Assembly (NCBI GenBank): GCA_030704615.1
Contig: CM060733.1
Location: 74,524,001-74,588,000 of the forward strand
Length of the DNA stretch: 64,000 nucleotides
Direction of reading: 5' to 3'
From: Takakia lepidozioides
Lineage: Eukaryota > Plantae > Bryophyta
The notes below the pieces were generated by a model that was not told the origin of the DNA, did no database searches, and saw nothing but the letters and a program-made list of their open reading frames with translations. The position numbers and the translations under genes are program-made. Below are positions 13,228 to 24,482 of this stretch, piece by piece. How positions within the stretch are numbered: the first letter of the stretch is position 1; each line of letters begins with the position of its first letter.

Positions 13228-16139
13228 CGTCACATTACTACCCCCGAATGGAAATTCGGCACCCAATATCCAACAGGGGCCGCACGGATGAAGTCGTCTG
13301 GGGCAGAGATGCCGGCACCTGTCCGACAGAAAACATCCCCGGATGGAAATTCAACGCCGAATTTCCATTCGGATCCACCCAAGGAAGTCCTGTCAGGGGG
13401 TCAGGCCGAAAACTGGCCGACATAAAAACCTCCGCGGATGGAAAAACGACGCCGAATTTCCATCCGAGGCCTTTCGGATGCCGTCGGCTCGGGGGAAAGG
13501 CCGCCATCTGGCCCTCACATTACAACCCCCCGACGGAAATTCGGCACCGAATATACAACAGGGGAAGCCCGGATGAAGTCGCCTCGGGCGCAGAGGCCGG
13601 CGCGTGTGCGACAATGAATATCCCTTGGATGGAGATTCGGCGCCGAATTTCCATCCGGGCCCCCCCAAAGGAAGTCGTGTCGAGGGGTCAGGCCGAAAAC
13701 TGGCCGGCATAAAAACAATCGCCAGATGGAAAAACGGCGCCGAATTTCCATCCGAGGCCTTTCGGATGCAGTCGGCTCGGGGGAAAGGCCGCCATCTGGC
13801 CCTCACATTGCAACCCCCGGACGGAAATTCGGCACCGAATATACAACAGGGGAAGCCCGGATGAAGTCGCCTCGGGCGCAGAGGCCGGCGCGTGTGCGAC
13901 AGAGAACATCCCCTGGATGGAGATTCGGTGCCGAATTTCCATCCGGGCCCCCCCCAAAGGAAGTCGTGTCGGGGGGTCAGGCCGAAAACTGGCCGGCATA
14001 AAAACATCCCCAGATGGAAAACGGCGCCGAATTTCCATCCGGGGCGGTTCGGATGCAGTCGGGAGGGGGGAGAGGCCGGCACCTGGCCGTCACAATTCAA
14101 CCCCCGGACGGAAATTCGGCACCGAATATCCAACAGGGGACGCCCGGATGAAGTCGCCTCGGGCGTAGAGGCCGGCACGTGTTCGACAGAGAGCATCCCC
14201 TGGATTGAGATTCGGCGCCGAATTTCCATCCGGGCCCCCCCAAAGGAAGTCGTGTCGGGGGGGAGACCGAAAACTGGTCGACATAAAAACCTCCCCAGAT
14301 GGAAAAACGGCGCCGAATTTCAATCCGGGGCCGTTCCAATGCAGTCGGGGAGGGGGAGAGGCCGGCACCTGGCCGTCATATTTCAAACCCCGGACGGAAA
14401 TTTGGCACCGAATATCCAACAGAGCGGCGGAGAGGCCGACACCTCTCCGACAGAGACCATCCCCCCGATGGAAATTCGGTGCCGAATTTCCATTGGGGCC
14501 CCCTCAAAGGAAGTCGTAAAAACCTCCCCAGATGGAAAAACGGCGCCGAATTTCCATCCGGGGCCGTTCCAATGCAGTCGGGGAGGGGGGAGAGGCCAGC
14601 ACCTGGCCGTCATATTTCAACCCCCGGACGGAAATTCGGCACCGAATATCCAACAGAGCGGCGGAGAGGCCGGCACCTCTCCGACAGAGACCATCCCCCG
14701 GATGGAAATTCGGCGCCGAATTTCCATCGGGGCCCCCTCAAAGGAAGTCGCAGAAACCTCCCAGAATGGAAAAACGGCGCCGAATTTCCGTCCGAGGCTG
14801 TTCCGATTTGCCTTTAGCAGAAGGATTCCAAGAAAAATCCGAAAAATCAATCGGACACGCTTAGAATTACCTGCAGGAAGGTAATTCAGCGCTTCGAAAT
14901 TCCTGGCGAATGGAAATTCGGCGCCGAATATCCATCCTAGCGATCCGACTTACCTGCGGATGGAAATTCGGCGCCGGATTTCCATCCATCCGGATACGAG
15001 TTCCTGCAAGATGGAAATTCGGCGCCGGATTTCCATCCATCCGCCTCCGAATTACCTTCTTGAGGGAAATTTCGCGCACCGACCTACCTGGCGGATGGAA
15101 ATCCGGCGCCGGATTTCCATCATCCGCCTCGAATTACTTCTGAGGGAAATTCGCGCGCCGACCTACCTGGGGATGGAATCCGGCGCCGGATTTCCATCCA
15201 TCCGCTCTTCGAATTACCTGCATGACGGAAATTTTGCGCGCCGACCTAGCAAGCGGATGGAAATCCAGCGCCGGATTTCCATCGATCCGCTCTTCGAATT
15301 ACCTGCATGACTGGAATAATGGCGCCGATTTCCGATTTTTGGTGCAAGTCAGATCTGGCACTTATCCATTTTCGGCCCTGAAGTAGAAAAAATGGCGCAG
15401 AAAAAAAAAAAAAAAAAAAAAAACGCCATTTTTCTTGTTCGGGGCCGAAACGGCTAAGTCCCAGATCTGATTGGCACCCAAAATCGGAAATTCGGCGCCA
15501 TTTTTCCAGTCATGCAGGTAATTCGAAGAGCGGATCGATGGAAATCCGGCGCCGGATTTTCATCCATCCGCTCTTCGAATTACCTGCATGAAGGAAATTT
15601 TGCGCGCCGACTTACCTGGCGGATGGAAATCCGGCGCCGAATTTCCATCGATCCGCTCTTCGAATTACCTGCATGACTGGAAAAATGGCGCCGAATTTCC
15701 GATTTTGGTGCCAGTTAGATCTGCGACTTAGACATTTTCGGCCCCGAAATGGAAAAACAGCGCTGGAAAAAAAAACAAAAAAAACGCCATTTTTCCAGTT
15801 CGGGGCCGAAAACGGCTAAGTCCCAGATCTGACTGGCACCCAAAATCGGAAATTCGGCGCCATTTTTCCAGTCATGCAGGTAATTCGAAGAGCGGATCGA
15901 TGGAAATCCGGTGCCGGATTTTAATCCATCCGCTCTTCGAATTACCTGCATGACGGAAATTTTGCGCGCCGACTTACCTGGCGGATGGAAATCCGGCGCC
16001 GGATTTCCATTCATCCGCTCTTCGAATTACCTGCATGACTGGAAAAATGGCGCCGAATTTCCGATTTGGTGCTAGTCAGATCTGGGACTTAGCCATTTTC
16101 GGCCCCGAAAATGGAAAAATGGCGCGCCAAAAAAACCAG

Positions 16140-16175
<36 letters not shown>

Positions 16176-17018
16176 GCCATTTTTCTTGTTCGGGGCCGAA
16201 AACGGCTAAGTCCCAGATCTGACTGGCACCCAAATCGGAAATTCGGCGCCATTTTTCCATTTCTGGGCCCAGTCAGATCTGGGACTTAGCCATTTTCGGC
16301 CCGATCTGGAAAAATAACGCCGGGAAAAAAAAAAAAAAAAAAAAAAAACGATATTTTTCTAGTTCGGGGCCGAAAACGGCTAAGTCCCAGATCTGACTGG
16401 AACCCAATCGGAAATTCGGCGCCATTTTCCAGTTCTGGGCCCAGTCAGATCTGGGACTTAGCCATTTTCGGCCTCGAACAAGAAAAATGGCGCCGGAAAA
16501 AAAAAAAAAAAAAAAAAAAAACCATTTTTTTTGTTCGGGGGCCGAAAACGGCTAAGTCCCAGATCTGACTGTCACCCAAAATCGGAAATTCGGCGCCATT
16601 TTTCCATTTCTGGGCCCAGTCAGATCTGGGACTTACCCATTTTCGGCCCCGAGCTGGAAAAATGGCGCCGAAAAAAAAAAAAAAAAAAAAAAAAAAAACG
16701 CCATTTTTACAGTTCGGGTGCCGAAACGGCTAAGTCCCAGACCTGACTGGCACCCAAAATCGGAAATTCGGCGCCATTTTCCATTTTTGGGCCCAGTCAG
16801 ATCTTGGACTTAGCCATTTTCGGCCCGAACTGGAAAAATGGCGCCGAAAAAAAAAAAAAAAAAAAAAAACGCCATTAATACAGTTCGGGGCCGAAAACGG
16901 CTAATCCCAGATCTGACTGGCACCCAAAATCGGAAATTCGGCGCCATTTTCCAGTTCCGGCCCAGTCTGATCGGGACTTAGCCATTTAGGCCCCGAACGA
17001 GAAAATGCGCCGAAAAAA

Positions 17019-17051
<33 letters not shown>

Positions 17052-17200
17052 GCCATTTTTCCAGTTTGGGGTCGAAAACGGCTAGTCCCAGATCTGACTG
17101 GCACCCAAATTCGGAAATTCGGCGCCATTTTTCCAGTTCGGGCCCAGTCAGATCTGGGACTTAGCCATTTTCGGCCCCGAACTCGAAAAATGGCGCCCGG

Positions 17201-17242
<42 letters not shown>

Positions 17243-18387
17243 GCCATTTTTACAGTTCGGGGGGCCGAAAACGGCTAAGTCCCAGATCTGACTGGCACCC
17301 AAAATCGGAAATTCGGCGCCATTTTTCCATTTCTGGGCCCAGTCAGATCTGGGACTTAGCCATTTTCGGCCCCGAAATGGAAAAATGGCGCCATTTTTCC
17401 AGTTCTGGGCCCCGAAAATGGCTAAGTCCCTACGATGCTGGACCGCAACTGGAAATTCGGCACCATTTTTCCAGTTCCGTGCCTATCAGATCTGGGACTT
17501 AGCCATTTCGGCCCCGAACTGGAAAAATGGGGCGCCATTTTTTCAGTTCGGGGGCGAAAATGGCTAAGTCCCTAGGGTGGCTGGCACCAAAATCAAATTC
17601 GGCGCCATTTTTCCAGTTCGGGGCCCAGTCAGATCTGGGACTTAGCCATTTTCGGCCCCGAAATGGAAAAATGGCGCCATTTTTCCAGTTCTGGGCCCCA
17701 AAATGGCTAAGTCCCTACGATGGCTAGAACCGCAACTGGAAATTCGGCACCATTTTCCAGTTCCGCGCCCTATCAGATCTGGGACTTAGCCATTTTCGGC
17801 CCGAACTGGAAAAATGGCGTCATTTTTCCAGTTCCGCGCCCTATCAGATCTGGGACTTAGCCATTTTCGGGCCTGAACTGGAAAAATGGCGCCATTTTTT
17901 CCAGTTCGGGCCCGAAAATGGCTAAGTCCCTAGGGTGGCTGGCACCAAAATCGGAAATTCGGCGCCATTTTTCCAGTTCCGGGCCCAGTCAAATCTGGGA
18001 CTTAGCCATTTTCGCCCCCGAACTAGTAAAATGGCACCGGAAAAAAAAAAAAACTAAAACTAAAACTAAAACTAAAAAAACAAAAAAAAAAAACGTCATT
18101 TTTCTAGTTCGGGGCCTAAAATGGCTAAGTCCCAGATCTGACTGGCACCAAAATCGGAAATTCGGCGCCATTTTTCCAGTTCCGGGCCCAGTCAGATCTG
18201 GGACTTAGCCATTTTCGGCAAGTAAATGCAATAAAATGTTGCATTTCAAGTCCACTGGTGTCACATTCCAACTTCACATGACCCTATTTCCGTGCCTCCA
18301 AACCCTATTTCCGTGGACTTACAATGGTCTGCTCATGCTTTTTTTTTTCCCGCTCATGCTCATTCCGCTTATGAAATAACAGCCCCC
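13228..18387. mobile_element. MULE-like element C, right part (palindromic satellite plus terminus)
   Basis: Ends in GCTCATG repeats and a GAAATAGCAGCCCCC-type terminus resembling the element A right end. Abuts gene B coding sequence in mid-exon (end position +/-1). Confidence 0.72.
13237..18220. repeat. Composite palindromic satellite centred on GGCGCC
   Basis: Three zones: a ~288-bp higher-order unit with GGAAATTCGGCGCCGAATTTCC variants (13237-14790); GATGGAAATCCGGCGCCGGATTTCCATC units (14860-16040); and ~170-190-bp units with GGCTAAGTCCCAGATCTG/CAGATCTGGGACTTAGCC and poly-A tracts (16040-18220). Confidence 0.95.
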
Positions 18388-18940
18388 CATGATTTCTATG
18401 CAGGTTGTTAGGCCCACCCTTGCCAACGACATCCTAAAGCTTAGAGGAGACTTCTACTCTGGATGCCATCCAGGTGCAGCTGTGTTCTATGTTTCTGTTG
18501 AGAGGATTGATGGGTCTACTATAGATGTGGGTCCTGATATCATCTCTACATGGGATAGTCATTGGAAAATAGTCAATGATGAGTTTGAGAAGTATCTTGA
18601 GTCCAAGCCAAAGTTGCATCATCTTCGGGGGAAGATGTTTCATGTCTGGGATGGGAATCATAGGCTTCAAGCATGGTATCCCTATATCAATGAAGTTCAT
18701 GGGGCCAACTTGTCAAGACATGTCTGTGTGACAAGTTGGGTGCTCAATGCCGACATTGAAAATCGTGGTTCCCTCAGGTCCATCATGGATGGAGTGAATG
18801 TGTGAGTTTCCTTTCTATTCTTCATTTACTTTCATGTTCAATGTTGTCATGTTCTTGGTACATATACACATCTTCTTTCTAATGATCACATTTTGTATGT
18901 GAAGGGCAACAGAGAGGGCACATGTTACATCCAAATTTGT
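18388..18940 (+). pseudogene. Gene B (paralogue of cargo gene A), ParB-like exon and start of next exon
   Basis: MISMQVVRPTLANDILKL...AVFYVS...KMFHVWDGNHRLQAW aligns with gene A LVSMPVVRTPLVKDILKL...AVFYVS...KMFHVWDGNHRLLAW. Donor GTGAG at 18802; truncated near 18940. Confidence 0.8.
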
Positions 18941-19620
18941 ACCGGGTTGTTCACAACCTGTCCGACTCAGACGAGGTCATGGAAGTTCCGAGATCGTCCT
19001 AGAGATCAGGCAAGTCCTCAATGGACGTTAGTGGAGGAGGGAGTTATATTCCCAGCACGAGCACCGCAGTTCGATCTATTCTTGAAATTCTGCGAGGGCT
19101 TCACCTCGAGGGACATTGGTCGGAGCTGGCCGGGCTGGACTACAGCAAGTTCGCAATTAAATTGGTTACATGCCTTCCCGCCGACGTCGACGGTAATATC
19201 TTCTTTGAGTTCCCTCCTCGGGCGGACTACTCGAGGGCGTCCGGAATGTTGACAGATATGGATAGAAAACATGACGGTCATCCTTGGTGCGTTACCAAAA
19301 CCACCAGCATGAAGATGCTCGATGGTTTCCGGTGCGCTACGTTGTTTGTGCGGGCGCGTTGCGGTGTTTCTCCCCAACTTGCTTCCACTTTAAATCCAGA
19401 GGTCACAGGAACGAGACCGATTGGATAGGCACAGCTCATCAACCATTTCGAGCTCAGGAGAAGGTTCCGAACTCCACATTTAAGTGTGCGCATTGCAAAG
19501 AACCACCACACTGCATGTCTGTTTGTAATGCCAAGCAGTTCTATGTGTTGCACCGTTTCCCTGACCTCACCCGAGCTTGCATACACGTTGGTTCCCATTG
19601 TCACAAATTGGCGAGGGGGA
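18941..19620 (+). pseudogene. Paralogous MULE transposase fragment (GCM-like Zn finger), probably element C
   Basis: ORFs 19021-19428 and 19284-19892: MDRKHDGHPWCVTKT...CAGALRCFSPTC...FKCAHC...CMSVC...RACIHVGSHCH aligns with the element A transposase. Confidence 0.82.
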
Positions 19621-20011
19621 ACAAAAATGGCGCCGAATTACCTGTCATGAGGGGACCTATAGCCGCGGAATTCGGCACCATTTTTCGCCAAAGAGACCTA
19701 TTACCGCGAAATACGTCGCCGTTTTTTCAGGTTACGGACCCTATTACCGTGAAATTCGGCGCCATATTTGCACATGTCGCTGGGAATTGGCATGAGCGGA
19801 AGACGAAATATCATGAGCACAACTGTCAAAACTACAATTTTCCCTTCATGGGGCCGAATAATATATTTGTTTTTTCTGACACATTGCATTAAATTAATGT
19901 TTTTTATTATTTTTTATTTTCGAAATTTGTACTTCTGCTCATGAAAACCGATTGTCTTACTACTCCGCTCATGCCGCTCATGCCGCTCATGCTCATGAAA
20001 TAGCTAACCTC
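19621..20011. mobile_element. Element C transposase-side subterminal region and terminus
   Basis: Contains the same GGCGCC/GAAATTCGGC motifs as the satellite. GCTCATG repeats end in GCTCATGAAATAGCTAACCTC (compare the A end GCTCACGCCGTAGCTACGCTC). Abuts Ty3 integrase coding sequence at 20012. Confidence 0.7.
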
Positions 20012-23000
20012 GTCTAGGGGTGTTGAATGAAGCACGCACCCTGTCACACACCATGCACCTAGCCATAAACTGTTGCACCTCTGTATGCATGCCACGCCAC
20101 CAATACTGCCCTTGTAGTAAACTGTGAGTGCGTCACACTCCAAAATGCCCCAACTCCTCATGGGCATGCCGCACTAACCGTGCACGCTGTGTGGGGTGAG
20201 GCACAATCCTCACCCGACCATCCTCCCACACTCGAAGTAGGTGTATCCCCTCCCACTTGAATCTCTTGGCTCGTTGCAGGATCCGATCCCTCTCCCTGGC
20301 AGTCACAGTGGCTGCCGTGTCTCTCGTGCGGAGGTAGTCCAACACAGCCGAATCCTCATGTATATCTCTGGCACCACCTGGCTCATTACTAGCCTCAGGG
20401 TCCTCAGACACTCCGTCTACAGTCATCCCTGTTGTAGGTCCAACCTGACCTCCCGATGCCAAGATACACAAAAATGCAGATGCGTGCCATCCCGGCACCA
20501 TCTCCTCGTCCGTCTCACCATGCCACCGAGCTCCAGTGTCATCCTGCTGGCTCATGCATGGATTGCGACTCAATCCATCCGCATCCCAATTGACCAAACC
20601 CGGTCGATGCACAACCTGAAAGTCATACTCCTAGAGTATGAGTGCCCACCGTGCAAGCTTCCCCGTAAGCTTGTCTGACTCCATCAACCACTTGAGTGGC
20701 TGGTGATCCGTGACAAGGGTGAAAAGATTGCCGTATAGATAGCACCTGAAGTGTGCCACGGCCCACACTGCAGCTAAGCACTCTCCCTCATATGAGCTGT
20801 ACTTAGCCTCTGCAGCGTTGTTCGAGCGGCTAGCATAAGCCACTACGAACTCTCTTCCCTCATCATCCACCTGTGTGAGCACCGCTCCAAGCCCCAACAT
20901 GCTCCAATCCGTATGCAGCTGAAAGGGACGCCCCCTGATAGGTTGTCTCAGGATAGGCGCCCAGGTCAACCTCGCCTTGAGCTCTTGAAAAGCTCATTCC
21001 TGCTCATCTTCCCACTGCCACTCCTGGTCCACCTTGGTCAGCTTGGTTAGAGCCTTTGCAATGGTACTAAATCCCTTGACAAACCGTCTATAATAGTTTG
21101 CCAACCCCATGAAAGCTCGAACTCCGTTCACATCCGTGGGGCGTGGAATTTGTGCAATGGCCATTTGTGGCTGAAGCATACTCTCCACCAGAGAGCTCCA
21201 CCAAACCTGCCTCCCAGAGATCTTGAGTCCTCATCTGAATCAAAGACCTCTCCATGTCACTGTATCTATAGGGTCTCCGAAAGATTGGCGTGTCAGTGGC
21301 CAACTCAATACGGATCTCTTGACCCTTCAGTGCTCCCAAGTCCTTCAAACTGAAGGCAAAGCAATTCCTGTAAGCCCTCAGGAACCGCCGTATACGTCGT
21401 CTCTCTCCTCCGGTGACAATGGGTCCAATGTCAGGCTCCCAATTGTCCTCCGTAACTGCAACCTTAAGTCCAGTGGGCTTAGAGGTAGAGGACGCGTCCA
21501 GTGGTTGCTATGTTGCAACCTCTTGAGCAGTACTCCCTACCTGTTCAGTCAGTGACAAGGCCTCATCCTGCCCCATCATCTTATCCTCAAGGACTTCCTC
21601 CACCCGAGAAAAATCCCCAACCTCATCTTTCACCGCCACCTTGGCTGCCAACTCCCTCTGAACCTTGAGCACCTCCCACGTGTGCCATGGATGCCTGCAC
21701 CCCGTGGTCCTCACATACTCGCCCCCACTCACTGCCTGTACCATCTCGGTAGGCAGAGAGACCATTGAGGGAAGTGTACTCCGCACTCTACGTTGCTCAG
21801 CCATAGCCAAGCTGATAATCCAGGTCAAGCAATTGAGATCCATTGCTTGCCCCAACACCTGACGACGTGATGCCTCAGAAAGAGACGACACCGCCGTGGT
21901 ACCAGTGGGAAATACCCATTGCCCGCTCATGCTCGTCAACATTAGGCTCCACTAACTGCTGCAACTGAGCATCCCACAGGAGGCCAGGTCCACTATCCCG
22001 GAAAGCATGTGATCCTGGGAAGCTGAGCAGTGTAGGTAATGCTGCTCGTGGTTGACCCACCTTATTGACCACTGCCAAAGGTGAACGGTCATTGTGTCTA
22101 ACACGCTGAGACTGCCTCCCTGTGTCCAAAATGCTATCCACTGTGAGATGTGCTGGCCGCTGCACCCCATCAAATGCACGCTTGAGCAGTGCGGGTGGCA
22201 TCAAGTTAGTCCACCATAGTCGTGGACGATGAGCCCGTGACCCCACTGTAGCTGCATCTAGCAACACTTCTGACCCAAGCCACGACCGGACTTGATGCAC
22301 ACTGGCCATCACCCTGGCCCAAGAATCGCCCATCAGTGGCACATTCTCCAAGATGTATACTGGAGATACAGCTTGATGAATCTGCAAGTGGCGCAAAACC
22401 CGCACCATCTCCCAAAACAGACCCGACCTCGAGTCTCGCAATCCATTGCCATGCCTGGCTGATGAATGCCCTTGGCAGGGCCAACCTGCCACTACCAGAT
22501 CAATGGAGCCAACCTGCTCCAAATCCTGCGCCCCCAGCAACGAAATGTTTGCTGACAAGGCTTGTTGGTATCCACGAACTGCAGACACTGGCAACAAATC
22601 AGGGTACTGCTGTACCAACTGAGCAACATGGCGCAGTGAGACGCGTCGTGCAATCTCATCCTTCTCCACATACAGGTAACGTCGAACTCGTACACCTGCC
22701 TACAGCACTGCAGCCAATCCAGTGCTGATCCCGCCAAACAAGTTCAGAAGGCATATGCCTTCATCCGGGCACTACCACACAAGAGGTGTGGTGTCCAATG
22801 GTGACAACTGAGGTGGTCCTGGTGCAATCACCACACTCTCCTCTTCCCCTGACGGTACAAAGGCCTCTACCCAGGCTTGTTGCACCCGTTCATCAGCAGC
22901 CTGCTGCAAATCTTTGCCCGTACCCCACAATGGAGTGTGAGCAACCATGGCAGGCAACTCCGCCGTACCATGCATGTCATCTTGCTCTGCGGGAGGTGGC

Positions 23001-23650
23001 ACATCCTCTGCATGGGCATTGCCATCCAGCAACTCTCCAGGCCAACTAACTGCAGCTGTAAAGGCGGCTAGTGTTGGCATCCTGCCCCGCTAGGCAGCCG
23101 CAATACCTCCAATGAATGTCACAGGGAGCTGTACACGACGACCCTCCCCTAACTACCATCCAGGCCTATAGGAAGCTGACTCCTCCCAAAAATCCAGGGT
23201 GAAGCCCATGGGGTACAACACTGCCCCACCAACCAGGACATCGTATGAGACGGCGTCTGTCACAATGGCCTTGGTTCGCATCGCTGAACCATCTGTAGGG
23301 TGATCCGACTGTAGTCCAATGGCCAACTCATGCCGTGTCATGCCCCGAGCTTGCTCTGATCCTCCCAGAGATGTCTGTATCTGGAAAAGACAAGGCTCCA
23401 TATCCGCCTCCATGAGGCCCAAACCTGCACTAGCAGCTCTGCCCAACATCAGTGGCTGAGCTCCCGAGTCCAACAAGACCCGCAGTGGCCGGTACTTCTT
23501 GCCTGCCGGTCCACTCAAAGTGAAAATGCCATCCTAGTTGTCTAACAAGACAACTGCAGGTGTCACCATGGCGCGCTCAAAGGCTGGCCTAGCTGGCAGC
23601 TCCGTCAACCTGGCAGCTGCATCTTGCCATGGCGCAGCCGTGGCAGTCTT
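20012..23650 (-). pseudogene. Degenerate Ty3/Gypsy pol: protease - C5 methyltransferase - RT (core deleted) - RNase H - integrase Zn finger
   Basis: VLLDSGAQ (protease, 23153-23518); PIFRRPYRYS and VRAFMGLANYYRRF (RT ends); FQLHTDWS...YSSYEGECLA...TDHQPLKWL (RNase H); HAHEELGHFG...YWW...CMVC (HHCC). Domain order PR-RT-RH-INT. Confidence 0.9.
21810..22770 (-). pseudogene. DNMT3-like C5 DNA cytosine methyltransferase domain within pol
   Basis: Motif I LNLFGGISTG (~22750-22720), IV DLVVAGWPCQ, VI ILENV, VIII AHRPRLWWTN, IX-X ERAMG/FPTGTT...RRQVLGQAM. Same frame as the protease apart from TAG stops; frameshift near 21915. Confidence 0.88.
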
Positions 23651-24446
23651 GACCCTCAACGGCCAAACGGAAAGAGTGAATTCCGTAGTGAAGCAGATCT
23701 TGCGGAATTACGTGTCGGCAGACCAATCAGACTGGGTGGAACACTTAGACATGGTAGAGTTCTGTTTTAATAACACAAAACACTCCGCAACAGGAGTTTC
23801 CCCTTTCGTATTGGTCTATGGAAAAGCACCTTTGGTGCCGACAAGTTGGGCCGCCCAGGACGTTGAGGAACCGGCAGTAGCGGCGGTACTAGAAGAACGC
23901 GAGCGTTTGTTGAAGCTCGCAAAGTACAACATTGCCAAAGCGAGGAAACGGTATGAAAGGCAGGCGAATCGGAAGCGGAGGGAAGTGAAGTTTGAGGCAG
24001 GCACAGAGGTCTGGTTGAACATCAAGAATTTCCGACTACCTCCGGAAGTGAGTCCAAAACTCGTACCTCCGTATGCGGGACCCTTTCGCATCCGGAAGGT
24101 TATGAATGAGGATGTGTATGAATTGGAGCTGCCGGCAAACAGCAAGGTGCATCCAGTATTTCATGTCTCACTTTTGAAGCCTTACTTCAAAGATGAAGCG
24201 CGTCCGAATCGGCATCAAGTGTTGCGTCCGCCACCTGTGCTGTTGGATCATGAAAATGAACCTGAGTACGAGGTGGAGGCAGTACTTAAGTCAAGGAGGT
24301 TCAAGAACCGAGAAACGGAGTATCTCGTCAAATGGAAGGGCTATCATCATGTGGAGGCATCTTGGGTGCGTGCCTCAGAAATGGGAAACGCATCCGAGGC
24401 GGTTGCAGTTTTTGAAGGGCGACCTCAAAAGCGGAAGAAGCGTTGA
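23650..24446 (+). pseudogene. Chromovirus integrase C-terminal half with GPY/F motif and chromodomain
   Basis: NGQTERVN...SATGVSPF...YAGPFRI...VHPVFHVSLLKPY...YEVEAVL...EYLVKWKGY...SW. Confidence 0.92.
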
Positions 24447-24463
24447 TGGGGACATCAACCTTG

Positions 24464-24482
24464 GAGTGTGGGGGGGAGGAAA
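24464..24482 (+). other. Polypurine tract of the chromovirus
   Basis: G-rich purine run ending GGAGGAAA just after the integrase stop and immediately before TG. Confidence 0.7.

Noticed and set aside
15400-17240. Poly-A tracts as SINE/LINE tails
   Set aside because: They occupy a fixed position inside each tandem unit and have no TSDs or retroposon body.
13238-18208. Many ORFs such as MEIRRRISI... and poly-K/poly-F ORFs (also 48494-52250 and 59540-63397)
   Set aside because: These are translations of palindromic satellite units and homopolymers, open on both strands with no domain content.
13237-18220. Satellite as intron 1 of gene B, mirroring gene A
   Set aside because: A transposon-type terminus at 18387 separates it from gene B and cuts B in mid-exon, so the satellite belongs to a different inserted element.
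23538-23650. N-terminus of the 302-aa integrase ORF
   Set aside because: It is the antisense strand of the neighbouring pol region fused at a rearrangement junction; integrase similarity starts at NGQTER.
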